Counted from the first letter of the stretch, positions 1-15,346 are shown. The stretch: DNA of 64,000 nt from Octopus sinensis (GCF_006345805.1 NW_021830456.1:1-64000); one strand, 5' to 3'. Program-made: numbers and translations. Notes: generated from the sequence alone by a model not told the origin.

Positions 1-972
1 ATACATTTAATATATTCATATATATACATACACATTTATATATATTATACATTTATATATATTCATATATATACATACACCTTTATATATATATATATAT
101 AAATGTGTATGCATATATATGTTTATATATATAAACATATATATACACATACATACGTGTGCACATTTGTTCATACACAAAAAGCCATGCGTGGATACAT
201 AGGAATATAATACGCGTAACACGGCACGTGCATACATACACGTAATGGGGGCATGTTTCAATTTTTATTTCGCATGTCATCAAATATTAGTATTTACTTG
301 CGTTGCCTGCGTATGTAGGTGGGCGACGAACGAACAAGCGAACGAACGAGCGAGCGAAAGAACCAATGATGGCTGCGTTTGATAACTGCATACACGTTGC
401 TAGCAGAATGTGACCATGTATTAAATTAGTTTTACGCGGCGAGTTATATATTTACAGTCTACACTTGACAAAGATATCTTATTACAATATACAATAAAAC
501 AGAATGAATTGGGTGAGGATTAAGAGTTCAGAGGATGCCCGGGCAAAAAATCTTTATACGTCGTTGAAATTAATTGCAAGAGACTAGCTTAGCTCTCGTC
601 TGCAATGTTATTTTTCCCTCCGTGAACTATCATATTGAAATGACAAAGATGCTATTTGCTATCAACATCATCGACACCATTGCTGCAAGAGTTATGATGA
701 AAAAGCATTTCGTTTGCTCTGCGCTGTCTAAAGAAGATGCACACAATTTCGTTTCCAGCTATTTTATTTGTCGGTTGTTGTTGTTGTTGCTGTTGTTGTT
801 ATTGCTGTTGTTGTTGTTGTTATTGCTGTTGATGTTTTTTTATTCTACATCCATTTGAATTTCTTTTTATTTTTTTATTCCTTTCCTACAAATAAATTTA
901 GCACGAAAATTTACAGCGTAGAAATACAGAACTTTGTGCAGGTTCCTACCCATGTGCATATGTCTGCAATAA

Positions 973-1021
<49 letters not shown>

Positions 1022-1168
1022 CAAAACATAGAGACAGGGTGAGATAAATACAATTACACACGCATTGAAATATACAAACATCCCAAGGTTATATATCTAT
1101 AGATTAATATGAATATGTATTTGTGTGCTATATATATATATATATATATATATAGATATATAATGGTG

Positions 1169-1199
<31 letters not shown>

Positions 1200-1689
1200 G
1201 TGTTGTGTGTGTGTGTGTGTGTATGCAAACATACATATATACATATATGCATATTTATACGCACACATATTTCAGTTCTTATAGATATCCTGTCTCTCCC
1301 ATGCTTATGCGCTTGCGTATGTATGATTATCTCAATGCCAATCTGTTTGTTTATGTGTATGTATGCGTGTGTTTATGAATGTGTGTGTCTTTTGTGTGTG
1401 AGTGTCTTTTTGCATGTGCTATATATGTACGCGAACATCAATATACACAAACGTCCATGCATTCAGATTTTAGGTCATATACAGACATTAGATGAGACGG
1501 TTCCATATTAAGATGAACTCCAGATGACATGACCGAAACGACTTCCTGGCATATTTCAATTCCTTTCTGCGCACTATCTTCTCCACTCTATTTATTTTCC
1601 TGTAAATTTGTAAATTTATTGTTTTTTTTAGTTCATTTACATATTGCTGATGTGTGTGTCTGATCGCGTCTGCGTGAGTGCGTGTGAGT

Positions 1690-1825
1690 ATATGGGTATA
1701 TTTCTGTGAAGAGCGTAGGCTCGATAAAGACTGTTTTATTTATATTTCCTGAGCGCCATACTATACAATTGTCGTTTTTTTTCCACCTGCCTTCGTCTTT
1801 TTTGTTTATTTTCATATCCCGTTAT
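1690..1825 (+). mobile_element. Penelope-like terminal fragment with degenerate hammerhead-like motif; homologous to 41155-41300
   Basis: TTTCTGTGAA-GAGC-GTAG-GCTC-GA..TAAAGAC then TTTATTTATATTTCCTGAGCGCCATACT..CCACCTGCCTTCGTCTTTT..CCCGTT matches the reverse complement of 41158-41293; 3' end runs into (TA)n. Confidence 0.6.
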
Positions 1826-1831
1826 TATAAT

Positions 1832-1863
<32 letters not shown>

Positions 1864-1886
1864 GTATATATATTATATATATGTGT

Positions 1887-1923
<37 letters not shown>

Positions 1924-2225
1924 GTTATGGTATATATATATATATATGTATGTATGTATATATATATATATGTATAAATGTATATATATATATAATATAT
2001 ATATATATTATATAATTATATGTATATATATGTTAGACATATACATAAGATATATGCATGTATATACATATATATATATAATATATATATATTATATGTG
2101 CAGCTCTCTACATTTTCATTTTCTCCTTTAGTTAAATTTTTTTTATCTTCAATTTTAGTATTTCTTAATATTTCTTTCGTTATTTTTTACGTATTTTGCT
2201 ATCATATATGTGACTGTCTGTGTGA

Positions 2226-2282
<57 letters not shown>

Positions 2283-2708
2283 TGTGTGTACGTGTGTGTT
2301 TGTGTGTGTATGAGTGTGTAAATGTAGGCATATAAATACGGGCTTATTTTCTCAGTAATAAATCTACATTCATTTCTGCGATGCTTTTTTACGTATAAGA
2401 GTGCGTGTACAGGTGATTGTGTGTATGTGTCTATGTCAGTGAGTGTGTGTGTGCTTGTGTGTGTATGTGTTTTTGTGTGTGTTTGTTTGTGTGTGTGTAT
2501 GTGTGTGGTCATATATTTATTGTGGGCCATTCTGATGTTATATTCTGTGTTCTGTGAAACCTTTTCAATTTTGTCAGGTTAATTATTTCGATTTATTTTG
2601 TCATTGCAGTTTTGAATAACAACAACAACAGCGACGATGATGCGGACGAGAGCAACAAGAACACCAGCACCGACAGAATAATTATGCTTTCATTTACTTG
2701 CCACAAGG

Positions 2709-2727
2709 GCGATAATAATAATAATAA

Positions 2728-2763
<36 letters not shown>

Positions 2764-2777
2764 TAAATAACAACAAC

Positions 2778-2843
<66 letters not shown>
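2709..2843. repeat. (AAT)n microsatellite
   Basis: Direct inspection. Confidence 0.95.
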
Positions 2844-2846
<3 letters not shown>

Positions 2847-3420
2847 TGCCCTGATGCAGTACCAGGCACTGGCTCTGATGGATTCTGATTTTAACTGATT
2901 GGAAGTGTTATCCGGTACATTGTTTTGTCTTGGTATAAAAGATGGGCTACAGCAAATATTCTGCTCAATACCACAGATTTGCTTTTCAGTTGCTTGACCT
3001 TAACCAGTTGACCATGTACCTTAGCGGCTGACGATATGTGCATCTCTGATCACGAGCAGAAGTAGTGGGGGAGCATCATAGCCATGTGTTGTGAGGGATT
3101 CTTTGGAGTTTGAATAATGCACCTCTGGAAACATGGGTGTTTCGTTCAACATCGTTAAACAACCCTTACTCCGGGACCTTTTGAGCAGGATGGGTTACTC
3201 GACCAGAAGAAAATTCTAACTGGACCCCACCTACAAGGTCATCAGTCTATTTGTGTCATGTGCTGCTTATCTTGATATGAGATCACCATGTCGAGCACAT
3301 ATGGTTGTGATGCATGTACCTGGTTTACCCTTATCTGGCGGGTAGTCATGATGTGTATATTGGGCTTCGTGTATTTTACTCCAGTGTCACTTTGATGTCA
3401 TGCACTGCTCTCTCACTCAC
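2847..3420. mobile_element. Unclassified ~570-bp interspersed repeat embedded in (AAT)n
   Basis: Complex, GC-richer block (TGCCCTGATGCAGTACCAGG...CACTGCTCTCTCACTCAC) with (AAT)n abutting both ends; no long ORF or TIR; resembles a repeat I recall as common in Octopus assemblies (unverified). Confidence 0.6.
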
Positions 3421-3432
3421 TAAAATAATATA

Positions 3433-3484
<52 letters not shown>

Positions 3485-3626
3485 AAATAATAATAACAAC
3501 AACAACAACAACAATAATAACAACAACAATGATAATAACAAAAATATGATTTGTCAACAGGAAAGTGATGAGAGGAACAATACAAAAATAATAATAATAT
3601 AATAATAATAATAAGTAGTAGTAGAA

Positions 3627-3677
<51 letters not shown>

Positions 3678-3695
3678 AGTAGTAGTAGTAGTAGT
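3421..3695. repeat. Compound (AAT)n/(AAC)n/(AGT)n microsatellite
   Basis: Direct inspection. Confidence 0.95.
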
Positions 3696-4070
3696 TAACA
3701 TGTCTAGCTTTAGCTTTATCGTGGATGCTGAAGATTTGTTTTCTTTCCTTCTAATATTTTGTCCTGTTTCTCATCACTCTTCAATGCTATTAATCTGTAC
3801 ACATGTCTGTATTTATGTCTTCACTTGTTTCACTGTTTATCTATTCATTTATTCATTTATGTATTTATTTTTATATGCAAGAATATTATGGTATGGAGTT
3901 GTGTATTTCACAAAATATCTATGGATATATTAGATGTAAATATTTTTATATATGCTGCAATTTCTTGGACGAAAACAGCGAAATGAGAAAATATATGTGA
4001 CAATCTTCGCACACATGCAAATATGTAGACAAACACACACACAGGCACATACACATAGAGACACAAACGC

Positions 4071-4140
<70 letters not shown>

Positions 4141-4220
4141 GTACACATACATATAGTTTATATAAGTACACACATTTTTGTATATGCGTACATATGTGCA
4201 TATATATATATATATAGATA

Positions 4221-4256
<36 letters not shown>

Positions 4257-4817
4257 TATATATATATATGTCATGTATGTACTTACGTATATTTAGTGTG
4301 TTGTTGTTTATATTTGATATAGAGGTAATAGACTGATTCATACACATATACATATCTATATACATATAATTTTTGTATTTGTTACGTATATACATATAAT
4401 TATATATATATATATATATATGTATATATTTACATACAAAAAAAAATATATATATATATATTTACACACACGCAACACACACACACACACACACACGCGC
4501 TCGCGCGCACACTGATACATATGCAAACATAGTTACCTTTGCATTTACTTTTAACATTCAAAGATATGCTTTCATCACTATGCTTAAACCACACATGTTA
4601 TCAAAATCTTTACATATCATTCTCTGTACAAATACATAATATTATTCTCCTCTGCATGTAACTTGCTGTCGCTTCCTTTTATGTTTCATTGTGTTTCTGT
4701 TTCTTTTTTGCCCTCTCCTTCTCCCGCTCTCACTTTTTCTGATATATTCACTTAATTATATTTGAATGAATACAGACACACACACCTACATACATACATA
4801 TATAAATACATACATAT

Positions 4818-4866
<49 letters not shown>

Positions 4867-5109
4867 TATATATATATATATGCATATATATATATGTATT
4901 TCGACACCATTTTGTATTGTGTATGTAGCCCAAATATGTCTTCTAGACTCCATGTTAATAACCGCACTGATGTAAAATATTTATTTCTGTATTGCGCATA
5001 TGGGTGTCGGGTAGATGGCTGAAGGTGGAAAGTATATGCGTACGTGTGTTTGCATTAATATATGCGTACACGCACGCACACACATGTACATAGACAGAGG
5101 TGCACACAG

Positions 5110-5150
<41 letters not shown>

Positions 5151-5223
5151 CCCAAGTAAAGTTACATGATAATGAACATACACATTAAACGCACACACAA
5201 GCTCACAACCATATATATGTATG

Positions 5224-5279
<56 letters not shown>

Positions 5280-5568
5280 CGTACATATTTGTATTACATG
5301 TACCTATAGTTACTTATATATATATATATATATATAATATATATTGTGTCAGTGTAGTTGTCCATGTGTATGCATGTATGTGCGTGTGTATATATTTGGG
5401 TATACATATGTATATTTATATAATATCTATATATACTTTATATAATACATCTATATATATCCGTATACACATGCATATGTATATACAATAATATATATAA
5501 ACATATATACATATACATACATATATATATATATATATATACACATATATATATATATATATATATAA

Positions 5569-5606
<38 letters not shown>

Positions 5607-6047
5607 CATATACATATATATATAATTGTACATTTGCGTTTGAGGCTTTAGTTTTATATTCTACATATACACGAACATGTGTGACTTGATTCCAATAAAT
5701 GTACATTGAATTAATGTCATGCAGTGATGGTAAAACGTTGCGGTTAATAGGGTCATATCGGGAAGGTCCAGTTACTTCTATACCGCCACTAGTATCTCTG
5801 ATGTATTGATATCTGTACAAAGGTTTATCACCGAAATTGTACATATTTTTCATTCATTAATCTATTCATAGCTTTTCTTTTATGTGAGGCTATAATTTAT
5901 TTTAATATATATATTTTTTTTTACTGTAACCAATAACACCGCCATCTTCACTTTGGCGATTTATTTTGATAGTTTTATAGCGGCATAAGTAGAGGCACAA
6001 ATCACTTACATAAATAGCCACATAACCGCATACAAACATGTACTTGC

Positions 6048-6079
<32 letters not shown>

Positions 6080-7410
6080 GCCGGTGTATATATATTATAT
6101 ATATATGTATGCATGTATGTATGTATATTTATATATATAATGCTTTATATATACATATATACAGGACATATAGTATATATATATATAACATATACAACAT
6201 ATATATAATATAGATAATGTATATGATTTATATAATTTATATGAATATATACGGTATATATATATGTATGGAGCTTCCTCTAAAGTTTGATAACACATTA
6301 TGAGAAACTGACATTTATTAATATAAGCCCCAATCATTCACTGATTCATTTTCGAAGCTTAATTAATCATAGAATAATCCCTAACCTGTAATCGAATAAG
6401 TATGTTTCTATCATGCGGCTAATAATACACTAAAGAACCGATCGGTAGTAGATCAAAGCGGGGCGTATAAGCACAATATTCACCATCATACAGTAATGTG
6501 ACAATGCATTTTTGTTTAACTGTTACAAGCGTTTATCTCTTGAAAGCTTTATCTGATTAATAAATAACTAATTAAGTTAAGTAACTTTTTAAAATGCCGA
6601 CACAGGAAAGTATTTGACAGGAGCAATGTGAAAGCTAGTTACAGCTGCTCTACTAAAATATGAAAAGCTTAATAGATTGTGAAACAATTTCATTCACTCT
6701 ACCGTATTGAACGGAATGAAATAGAAACGTCATGTTCCTTGACCGATCATATAAGCCTAAAAGGTTATGTGAAGCAGATACCTTCAATGCTAAACCATCA
6801 TATGTAATATACCATCATGTGTAATATGGAAGATATACTTTTCAAAACACCACATCAAGTATTCTGTTTTATTTTTAAATAGAAGTACTATGCATGCATA
6901 AATATATCGAATATATTCAACATCGTTAGTTTGAAAAAAACAGGCAGCTGATTTCGATACTTATTGAAAGCTTATTGTGAAATGCGTGGTGTATAGACAA
7001 GCGTATTGCAGAGAAGTACCTTATACTAAAAATAATTAAATCGACACAACCATGATATTCTGGTGATGTGATTCGTTATAGATAGTGAGTTGTGAATATA
7101 CAATTGTATTGTATAGCGCCGAACATATATATCAATGCGTATGCGAACACATAGTTTGATCCATTCTGAAATATATGCTATATGAAGTTTACGAAACGGC
7201 CGTAAGCCTAAGGATGTCACGTGATTAAATTACTGTAAATTCACGATTCATGCTTCCTGAAGTCTCTGATATATATATGTGTGTGCGTGTGCGTGTGTAT
7301 ACATACATAAATACAAACATAGTTTTTAGTGTATGTATACATATATATATATATACATGTATACATACATACATATGTATATATATATATACATACATGT
7401 ATACATACAT

Positions 7411-7456
<46 letters not shown>

Positions 7457-8321
7457 CACCCATATATATATATGGATGAATATTATATATATATGTTGAT
7501 GTATGTGCATGTATTTATGTGTGTATGACTCAGTGTGTCGTCTGGGTGTGTCAGTGTGTGACTGAATCTACGTGTGTGTGTATGACCGTATGTAGTTGCC
7601 AGTGAATTCACGTTTGTATGAGTCGTTGGGCTTCTCAACACGCGTATAAAAGAAAAGAATGTTCTACTGCCGTCACTTCCGATGTTATTTCATTCAGCTT
7701 GATTCCTTCCAATTCTACTCACTAAAATTCTAGCCCAATTCCTCCAAAATATGCTGCAGAGCTATTCTTCAATTCTTCAATTCTTTGCACAACTGCAATT
7801 CCCCGTCTTCCATATAGGCCAAATATGTCTATATACAATCATCATCTCTTCCTGCTTCTCATTCCGTTTGACCTGAAACTTAACTGTTGTTGTATTCTGA
7901 TTTCTGTTTCACCGTTTTAATATTTTTTGTGATTTATCATATTCTACTATGCTGACCTTCTCTGTTCTCAAATATTCCACATTATTTTACCAATATCTCG
8001 AGATGTTATTCCACTCAAAGCAATTTTCAATATGTGAACTTTAATTTTTTTCTTCCTTTTATTGTTTCGGTCGTTTATGATTGCTTTTGGCTTCGCAGAC
8101 ATTTTCCTTATCTATCATTTACTGCACCGACTTACACACAAACATATATATGCATATATATATATATATTCCTGTGTGTGTATATATGTGAGTCTGTAGT
8201 TGTACATACACACAAGTAAACACACACTCACACTCACACACACGTATGTGTAAACATTTGCCGAATGAAAATTTCGTGAAATTTTCAACGTATCTATTGG
8301 CTATAGGAAATAATCTAATAT

Positions 8322-8518
8322 TAGAAACATTAGCACGCCGGGGGAAATGCCTAGCAGTATTTCGTCTGCCGTTACGTTCTGAGTTCAATTTCCGCCGAGG
8401 TCGACTTTGCCTCTCATCCTTTCGGGGTCGATAAATTAAGTACCAGTTACGCACTGGTGTCGATCTAATCGATTGTCCCCCCCCCCAATTTCGGTCCTTG
8501 TGCCTAGGAGTAGAAAAT
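8322..8518 (+). mobile_element. tRNA-derived SINE family B (monomer)
   Basis: Head ..TTAGCACGCCGGGGGAAATGCCTAGC..GTTCTGAGTTCAATTTCC (B-box-like), core GTCGACTTTGCCTCTCATCCTTTCGGGGTCGATAAATTAAGTACCAG, tail CCTTGTGCCTAGGAGTAGAAAA; many homologues in window. Confidence 0.85.
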
Positions 8519-8744
8519 AACATTACTCTAATATAAAATAGGTATTTTCCTACAGACAAAATATACGGTCAAAACAAGGTTATATACATACACACAAACA
8601 CAAAATAGACGTCAAATGACACTATTACCACCATCAATTCTCCGAGAATAACACACCACACTGCGTGGTGAGGCGCAAGCCATGCCCTTGTTATAATTAT
8701 GTATATAATTATAAAATATTCATATATTTTATAATTATATACAT

Positions 8745-8918
8745 AATGCTTAGCGGTATTTCGACTGTCTTTACGTTCTGAGGTCAAATTCCGCCGAGGT
8801 CGACTTTGCCTTTTATCCTTTCGGGTCGGTAAAGTAAGTAGCAGTTGCGTACTGGAGTCGATCTAATGGACTGGCTCTTCCACCAAAATTTCGGGCCTTG
8901 TGCCAAGATTGGAAAAGG
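8745..8918 (+). mobile_element. SINE family B, 5'-truncated
   Basis: Same core and tail as 8322-8518. Confidence 0.85.
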
Positions 8919-8959
8919 ATATATACGGTAAAAAATAATCTCTCTATAGGAAAACACAT

Positions 8960-9098
8960 GGATGAGTGCTTAAGAGTTTGGCTTTACAAACAGGTGATTT
9001 CGGGTTCTATCTCTCTGCTCGGCGTTTTCTACTATAATCCCCGGCTGACCAATTCCTTATGAGTGAATTTAGATGACAGAGACATCTTGAAGGCCCGT

Positions 9099-9138
<40 letters not shown>

Positions 9139-9380
9139 ATGATTGTGTGTGGGAGTATTTGTGTAAATGTGTCTGTCTGTCTGATGTCCGTTTGTTCTCT
9201 CTACCATTGCTTTACAACAGGTTTTGGTTTGTTTACGACCCCCGTCGATTAGAGGATTGACCAATGGGACCAATAGAATAACTGCCGGCCTTAAAAAGAG
9301 TCAAACTGGAGGTGATTTGCTCAAGGAGACATTTGAAGGCGATGCCCCAGCATGGCCGCAGTCCAATGACTGATACAATT
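8960..9380 (+). mobile_element. SINE family C (CORE-like), degenerate
   Basis: CTACTATAATCCCCGGCTGACCAA..GTGAGTGAATTTAG..GAAGGCCCGT, internal (TA)n, tail GGCGATGCCCCAGCATGGCCGCAGTCCAATGACTGA. Confidence 0.7.
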
Positions 9381-10879
9381 AAAACCATATAAATATGAGT
9401 CATTAGAAACAAGCCGCGACTAAACAGACTAGATTGCTCCCTGGTACTCATGCGATTTAGAAACTTGTTTTATAAGTTTATCATTTTGTTGTTGTTTTTG
9501 CTAGCTGTACTTCATCTATTGTTTTCTTCTTTTTTTTTTGGCTTTTAAAAAAAAATGTTATATATACTCTTCGTATGTTTTACATCCGTGAAAGGATGAC
9601 CAAATAAATGCAAACACTACATTAAAGTTTCTTGCTCTGATTAGCGTAAAAGTCACACGGGGGAGCGCATATGTGAGCGAAGCAGTATTTAATGACACGG
9701 AAAATATAGTGGTGGGGGTGGCGGGGAGAGTTTAAATTTTCAACTGTGACTATTTTCATATGTTACTAAATAGCAATCAGAGACTAACTCCAACATAATA
9801 AAAGCAATTAGTGTTTTAATGGGTTTTGCTGCTGTACCGGCACTTACATCGAGGTTACTTAATATTTTATGTTCAATTGAATGGGGTATTTAAATAAAAA
9901 TCAATCTAATCATCTGGAATGTTTGAACTATAAAATTAAAAAAATTATTAAAATGTGATAAATTGGAAAAAATGAAGAAATTACTGGAATGAAAGTGCCC
10001 AAGTGTTTAGGGAGGTCACTGTACATTCTGGGTTCAATCCTTGGTGGTTCAAGGACATGTTTTATAAACCCAAGAGCAGTAAATAAGAACGGCTAACTTA
10101 ACACCGAAATTCGATCATTTATAAACACTTTATTAAAATTATTTAATTAAAATAAAATTACTTTAATGATTAGAAACGTGAAGAGATTCGGAATTGGTTT
10201 AAAAGATCGTAGTCATACTTCATGTAGCTATGGCACCGCCGATATTCGAGGTTCTCAGTCTTATCGTTAAAAGCACGAAACTGTGACCTTCTGTGTCTGT
10301 CCTACGTGTACGTTTTGTAGTAGTTAATGCATTTTTATTTATTGAGTAACTGAACGCCACGCATCCCAACATTTGTTACTGTATTCGTTTATGTTGTCCA
10401 AAGTCAATAGTTTCTGATAAAGCAAATTGCCTTTTACGAAGGACTTCTGTTTATCCTTAAATTCTTTCATGGCAATTAATGCAGGAATGAGTACAACACC
10501 TGACGAAGAATACAATATGGTTCCATTCTTCCAAGATAAATATTTCGTCAGACCCCAGTGACTGGTGCCAGCAACTGTGGCAAGTTCATCATGGACGACG
10601 TATTATTTGTTCCTGTAGCGTCTTTCTAGCACCAAACTAAAACTTATGCCAGGGAGAATTAACGTGGTCACTCGATATGACAGAAATAGCAGTTACATCG
10701 CTTTCACATCTTATCCAACTGTTTTAAGATTAGACAATGCATTCCTCGAGATACTATCAAATGAAATATATGTGTGTTGTTCGTGGCTAAGAAAAATATT
10801 AATCATAGTGTGCCCTCGTTATAAAAACCTTAAGGAATTAATAATCCTTTCTACTATAGACACAAGGCTTGGAATTTTA

Positions 10880-11060
10880 TAGGGAGTGTACTAGTCGACC
10901 ACATCAAACTCAGTGTTTCACTAGTACTTAATTCATCGACCTCGAAAGGATAAAAGGCTAAGTCGACCTCGGCGGCGAAATTTGAATTCAGAATGTAGCG
11001 ACAAGCGAAATACTGCTAAGCATTTCCCTCGGTACGCTAACGATTCTGCCTGCTCGCTGC
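10880..11060 (-). mobile_element. SINE family B
   Basis: Reverse complement of head and core (GAAGGATAAAAGGCTAAGTCGACCTCGGCGG..GCTAAGCATTTC). Confidence 0.8.
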
Positions 11061-11809
11061 TTTCCCTAAGGAATTACCAATACCAGAATTCATTTATCGT
11101 CTCCATAAAAGTACAAAACTTGGACACAGGTTAGTATTGAAGGTAGGCTTGGCTGGAGATTTACATCGTCGGTCAATGGTATTACCATGACGCATCTTTA
11201 CCAATTCTGCTGGTTTTGAATTCTTTCCAAAAGCAAATGTCCTGACCCAAATACACTTAATCACCACCACCACCCACCTTACATTCATGGATACGCCACA
11301 AATGTACTCAGAACGTTATATAAAAAGCTAGATTCTAACACCTTATTCTCTATTTGCTGTCTCTAAGGCCAAAGAGCGGAATACTTCATTTCATACTAGG
11401 TTGTAGTTCTTGGATAACTTGTTTCCAAAGAGCTTCAATTTACAATTCGATCAAAATGTTCTCTTACGGAAGACACTGAAAATATATTGTAAACGGATGG
11501 TCACCCCTATTTTATATTCCCAAAGCAACTGACCTGCTCGTTATCAACATAGATGCAGATGACATCAAACAATGACTAAGGAAGGCACGTGGTTTAGCGG
11601 TAAGGATTTTGCACTCAGGATGTCATGATCGTTGTTTCGATTCCCAACCTGAGGAGTGCTTCATTTCACGTTACTTCACTCCGGTTAATTATGTGTAACC
11701 CTGTAACTGAGTGACTGGGGTAAAATTCGAGTAGGAGATTTTGATCTCGGTCACTTATAAGCAATGGAAATCGAGTAACTGTGGCTAGGACTCTCAGAAA
11801 TTGAGATTG

Positions 11810-12032
11810 TACGAGGGCGTGCCGAAAAAAAGTTCTGGCTCTAGGTAAAATAAAATGCAGGAGGACCAATAAATTAGGATTTTATTCAATATTTTTCCCT
11901 CTCAGATTCAAGCTCTTATTGCTGCGATTCTTCAGTTTTTCTAGGCGCTGTAAAAGAGTGCGGACATTTGGGCTTCCACACAAGCTTTTCGCAATATCCT
12001 TGAAGCCAAGTGCTTTTCAGAGCCCTCAAGTA
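11810..12032 (-). mobile_element. Mariner-derived MITE
   Basis: Imperfect TIRs TACGAGGGCGTGCCGAAAAAAAGTTCTGGCT / AGCCAAGTGCTTTTCAGAGCCCTCAAGTA with TA at both ends; interior on the minus strand resembles the last codons of a mariner transposase. Confidence 0.75.
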
Positions 12033-12074
12033 ATGCCCGGAGTCTGTTGTTGTTGTTGTTCTTATAGTTGTTGT

Positions 12075-12108
<34 letters not shown>

Positions 12109-12785
12109 AACGACGAGGATGCTGATGATGATGATGTGCTAAGAATATCCATCTCTGACAAGTAGCTTAAAATAACTGATATATTCCTCTCTCTCTCTCT
12201 CTTACTCTCTCTTAAATGCCTCTTAACTTATTTCTTCATAGAACCTTTTCCGTTCTACTATAATATATATGGCGACCAAAATTTAAACGATAAGCACACA
12301 TACACACAGCTGGTATGGCTGAATTGTGTTATTAAATTGTGTTATTAAATCACGTTGTGGATGCACTACCCATTCGCAATATCCATGGCATTAGAGTTAT
12401 TACATTCATATCATATAATCTGTGTGAAAATTATTCTCTGATTCGCTGAATTAAAATATTACAATAGAATATTTTACAAGCGCTGTTTCGTTATAACAAA
12501 TATATATTTATATAAAGGCAGCCATATTTTAAGTGGTGTGCGGGCCGTAAAATTAGTTCAATGGAAATTAAAACCGACTTGAAGACAAAAAGATATTAGT
12601 GTTAATGAAAATTTATCTGGAAATGGCCAAGGGAGAAAACTTCGAAATTTCAATGCTTTAAAATTAATTGCGATTTAAAGGGGAAAATAGAATTTAGCAG
12701 CTTGGGTAACGATTACAGATGTAACCTTTTCTGACATTCTCATTGAATAATTCCTGTATCTGTTAGGTAATCAGCCATTTGCGCA

Positions 12786-13155
<370 letters not shown>

Positions 13156-13726
13156 AGAAGACTATATGTGTAAGGGGTTAGCCGAAGATCAAGCAATTAT
13201 GATTAAGCATCGTTACAAACGGTGGAGATCCATTGAAATTTTCTCATAACCTTCAGATTCGCCTGTTACTTGCACATAATTGCCAGGTTATTTTGCACTG
13301 GCACGTGCATAACAATATTGGTTTCTGTCTGTGCAGAAATGTATGTGTGTTTGTGTGAGTGAAGCAGTGTTTGCGAGCGTGCATTTTAGCAAAATGATGA
13401 CGAATGCATAGGACTTCATAAAACCGACGAGATTCTCTTTCAGTGTAAGATTCTTCTAGCGTCTGGCTGCAGAGGCAATGTGAACGAGCGGCCATTTATG
13501 ACTTTGCATTAAGCGTTAGTGTTTGACTGGCTTGTCTTGACCTGCGCACATCACATCTCTCTATCGTCGCTTTGACAATATTGACACGGACGAGAGAGAA
13601 ACGTCACGAAGATGAAGAAGAAGAAGAAGAAGAAGAAGACGAATGTTGATTGCATTGGAGAAACACATACGCATTGACATATTCCCGGACACGTACACAT
13701 ACACACAACGGCATGTGCATATATAT

Positions 13727-13776
<50 letters not shown>

Positions 13777-14057
13777 TATATATAATACACAAATGGTTGC
13801 AAAACACAGAAGAGAAAGCAATTTCATACATACATACATGTTATATAATATATATATATATAATATATATATAAATGTTTATATATATATATATATATAT
13901 ATACAAGCATATATACAGGCATATATGTACAGAGGCATGTATATATAAGCAGGTAGAGACAAATATGTATACCTAAATATAATATATGTATAAACACACA
14001 TTCACACACACATACATACACACATATAAATAGATATTGATGTAGATATAAATATAC

Positions 14058-14091
<34 letters not shown>

Positions 14092-14632
14092 ACATACGTA
14101 CTTACATATAGATACAGATACACAGAAGGGAAGAGCGAGCGAGACCACACACAACCACATATATATATATATATATATATGCATATACTATTGTTTCTAT
14201 ATGTGTACGTATGTACATGCAGGAAAAGTGGAAGAAAGCAAGAGAGAGAAACAGAGAGAGAAGAGTGAGGAGTGTGAGAGAGTGAGACAGAGAGAGAAAT
14301 ATGTATTGCTGGATGGTAAGAATTCCTCTGTACATGTTGAAAAGTAACTTTCTTGCAGCAGACATTGAAACGCTAACAGAAATGATCCGGCGTTGAAAGC
14401 GATGACAGGCTGGGTGCTTCGTCCAAATAATTGCTCGGGTCAGAGGTCATAGTAGCGACATTGCAATTTCTGGCAGTTCTACAAATCTAATACAATCGCT
14501 ACTATTAAACGCGACTCCAAATTACAACCCGATTTCTCCATCATACTCGCATGCGCTCAAACAGAACACAGCCACAAGCACACACACACACATATGTAAA
14601 TATATATGTATGTAATAGATATATATTATAAT

Positions 14633-14706
<74 letters not shown>

Positions 14707-15029
14707 ATATATGTATGTATATGTATATATATATATTTATATGTATGTATGTATTTGTATTTATGTATATGTATATATTGCGTGCATGTAACCTTTATTT
14801 CTTTCTAGCAATATTTCTCCATTCTTGTTAAAATCACGGGGATTTTATCTAATAAATCATGCACGTACGTATTATATCTCGGTTGTTTAACTTTTAAAAT
14901 GTTTTACTCCGTCTCCCTCGCCACCAATATACTTAATGCTATAATGGAAATGAAATTTTACAAGGTTAGATTTATGTCTATCTCCTCTCAAGAGAAGTAT
15001 GGGAATCAAGGCATATACTTTAAAGAAAT

Positions 15030-15120
15030 TATTATCATTGTTATTATTATTATTGTTATTGTTATTATTATTATTATTATTGTTATTATTTTTGTTATTG
15101 TTGTTGTTGTTGTTATTATT

Positions 15121-15152
<32 letters not shown>

Positions 15153-15292
15153 TATGAATATTATTGTTGTTATTGTTATTATTCTTATCATTACTATTAT
15201 TATTATTATTATTATTATATTATTATTACTACTACTACTACCACCACTACTACTACTATTACATTATTATCATCATCACCATTTTCATCATT

Positions 15293-15346
<54 letters not shown>

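Noticed and set aside
5416-5853. 145-aa minus ORF starting MKNMYNFGDKPLYRYQYIRDTSGGIEVTGPSRYDP
   Set aside because: No recognisable homology, weak splice signals, second half is (TA)n
7680-8030. Possible decayed LINE RT on minus
   Set aside because: Purine-rich but no motif could be aligned convincingly
9860-10023. Tc1-like right end (..GGGAGGTCACTGTA)
   Set aside because: No matching left TIR found; only a partial hint
10330-10600. ~87-codon open frame on minus (YVVHDELATVAG..QKLLTLDN..), faint pogo/Tigger resemblance
   Set aside because: Similarity limited to a few residues
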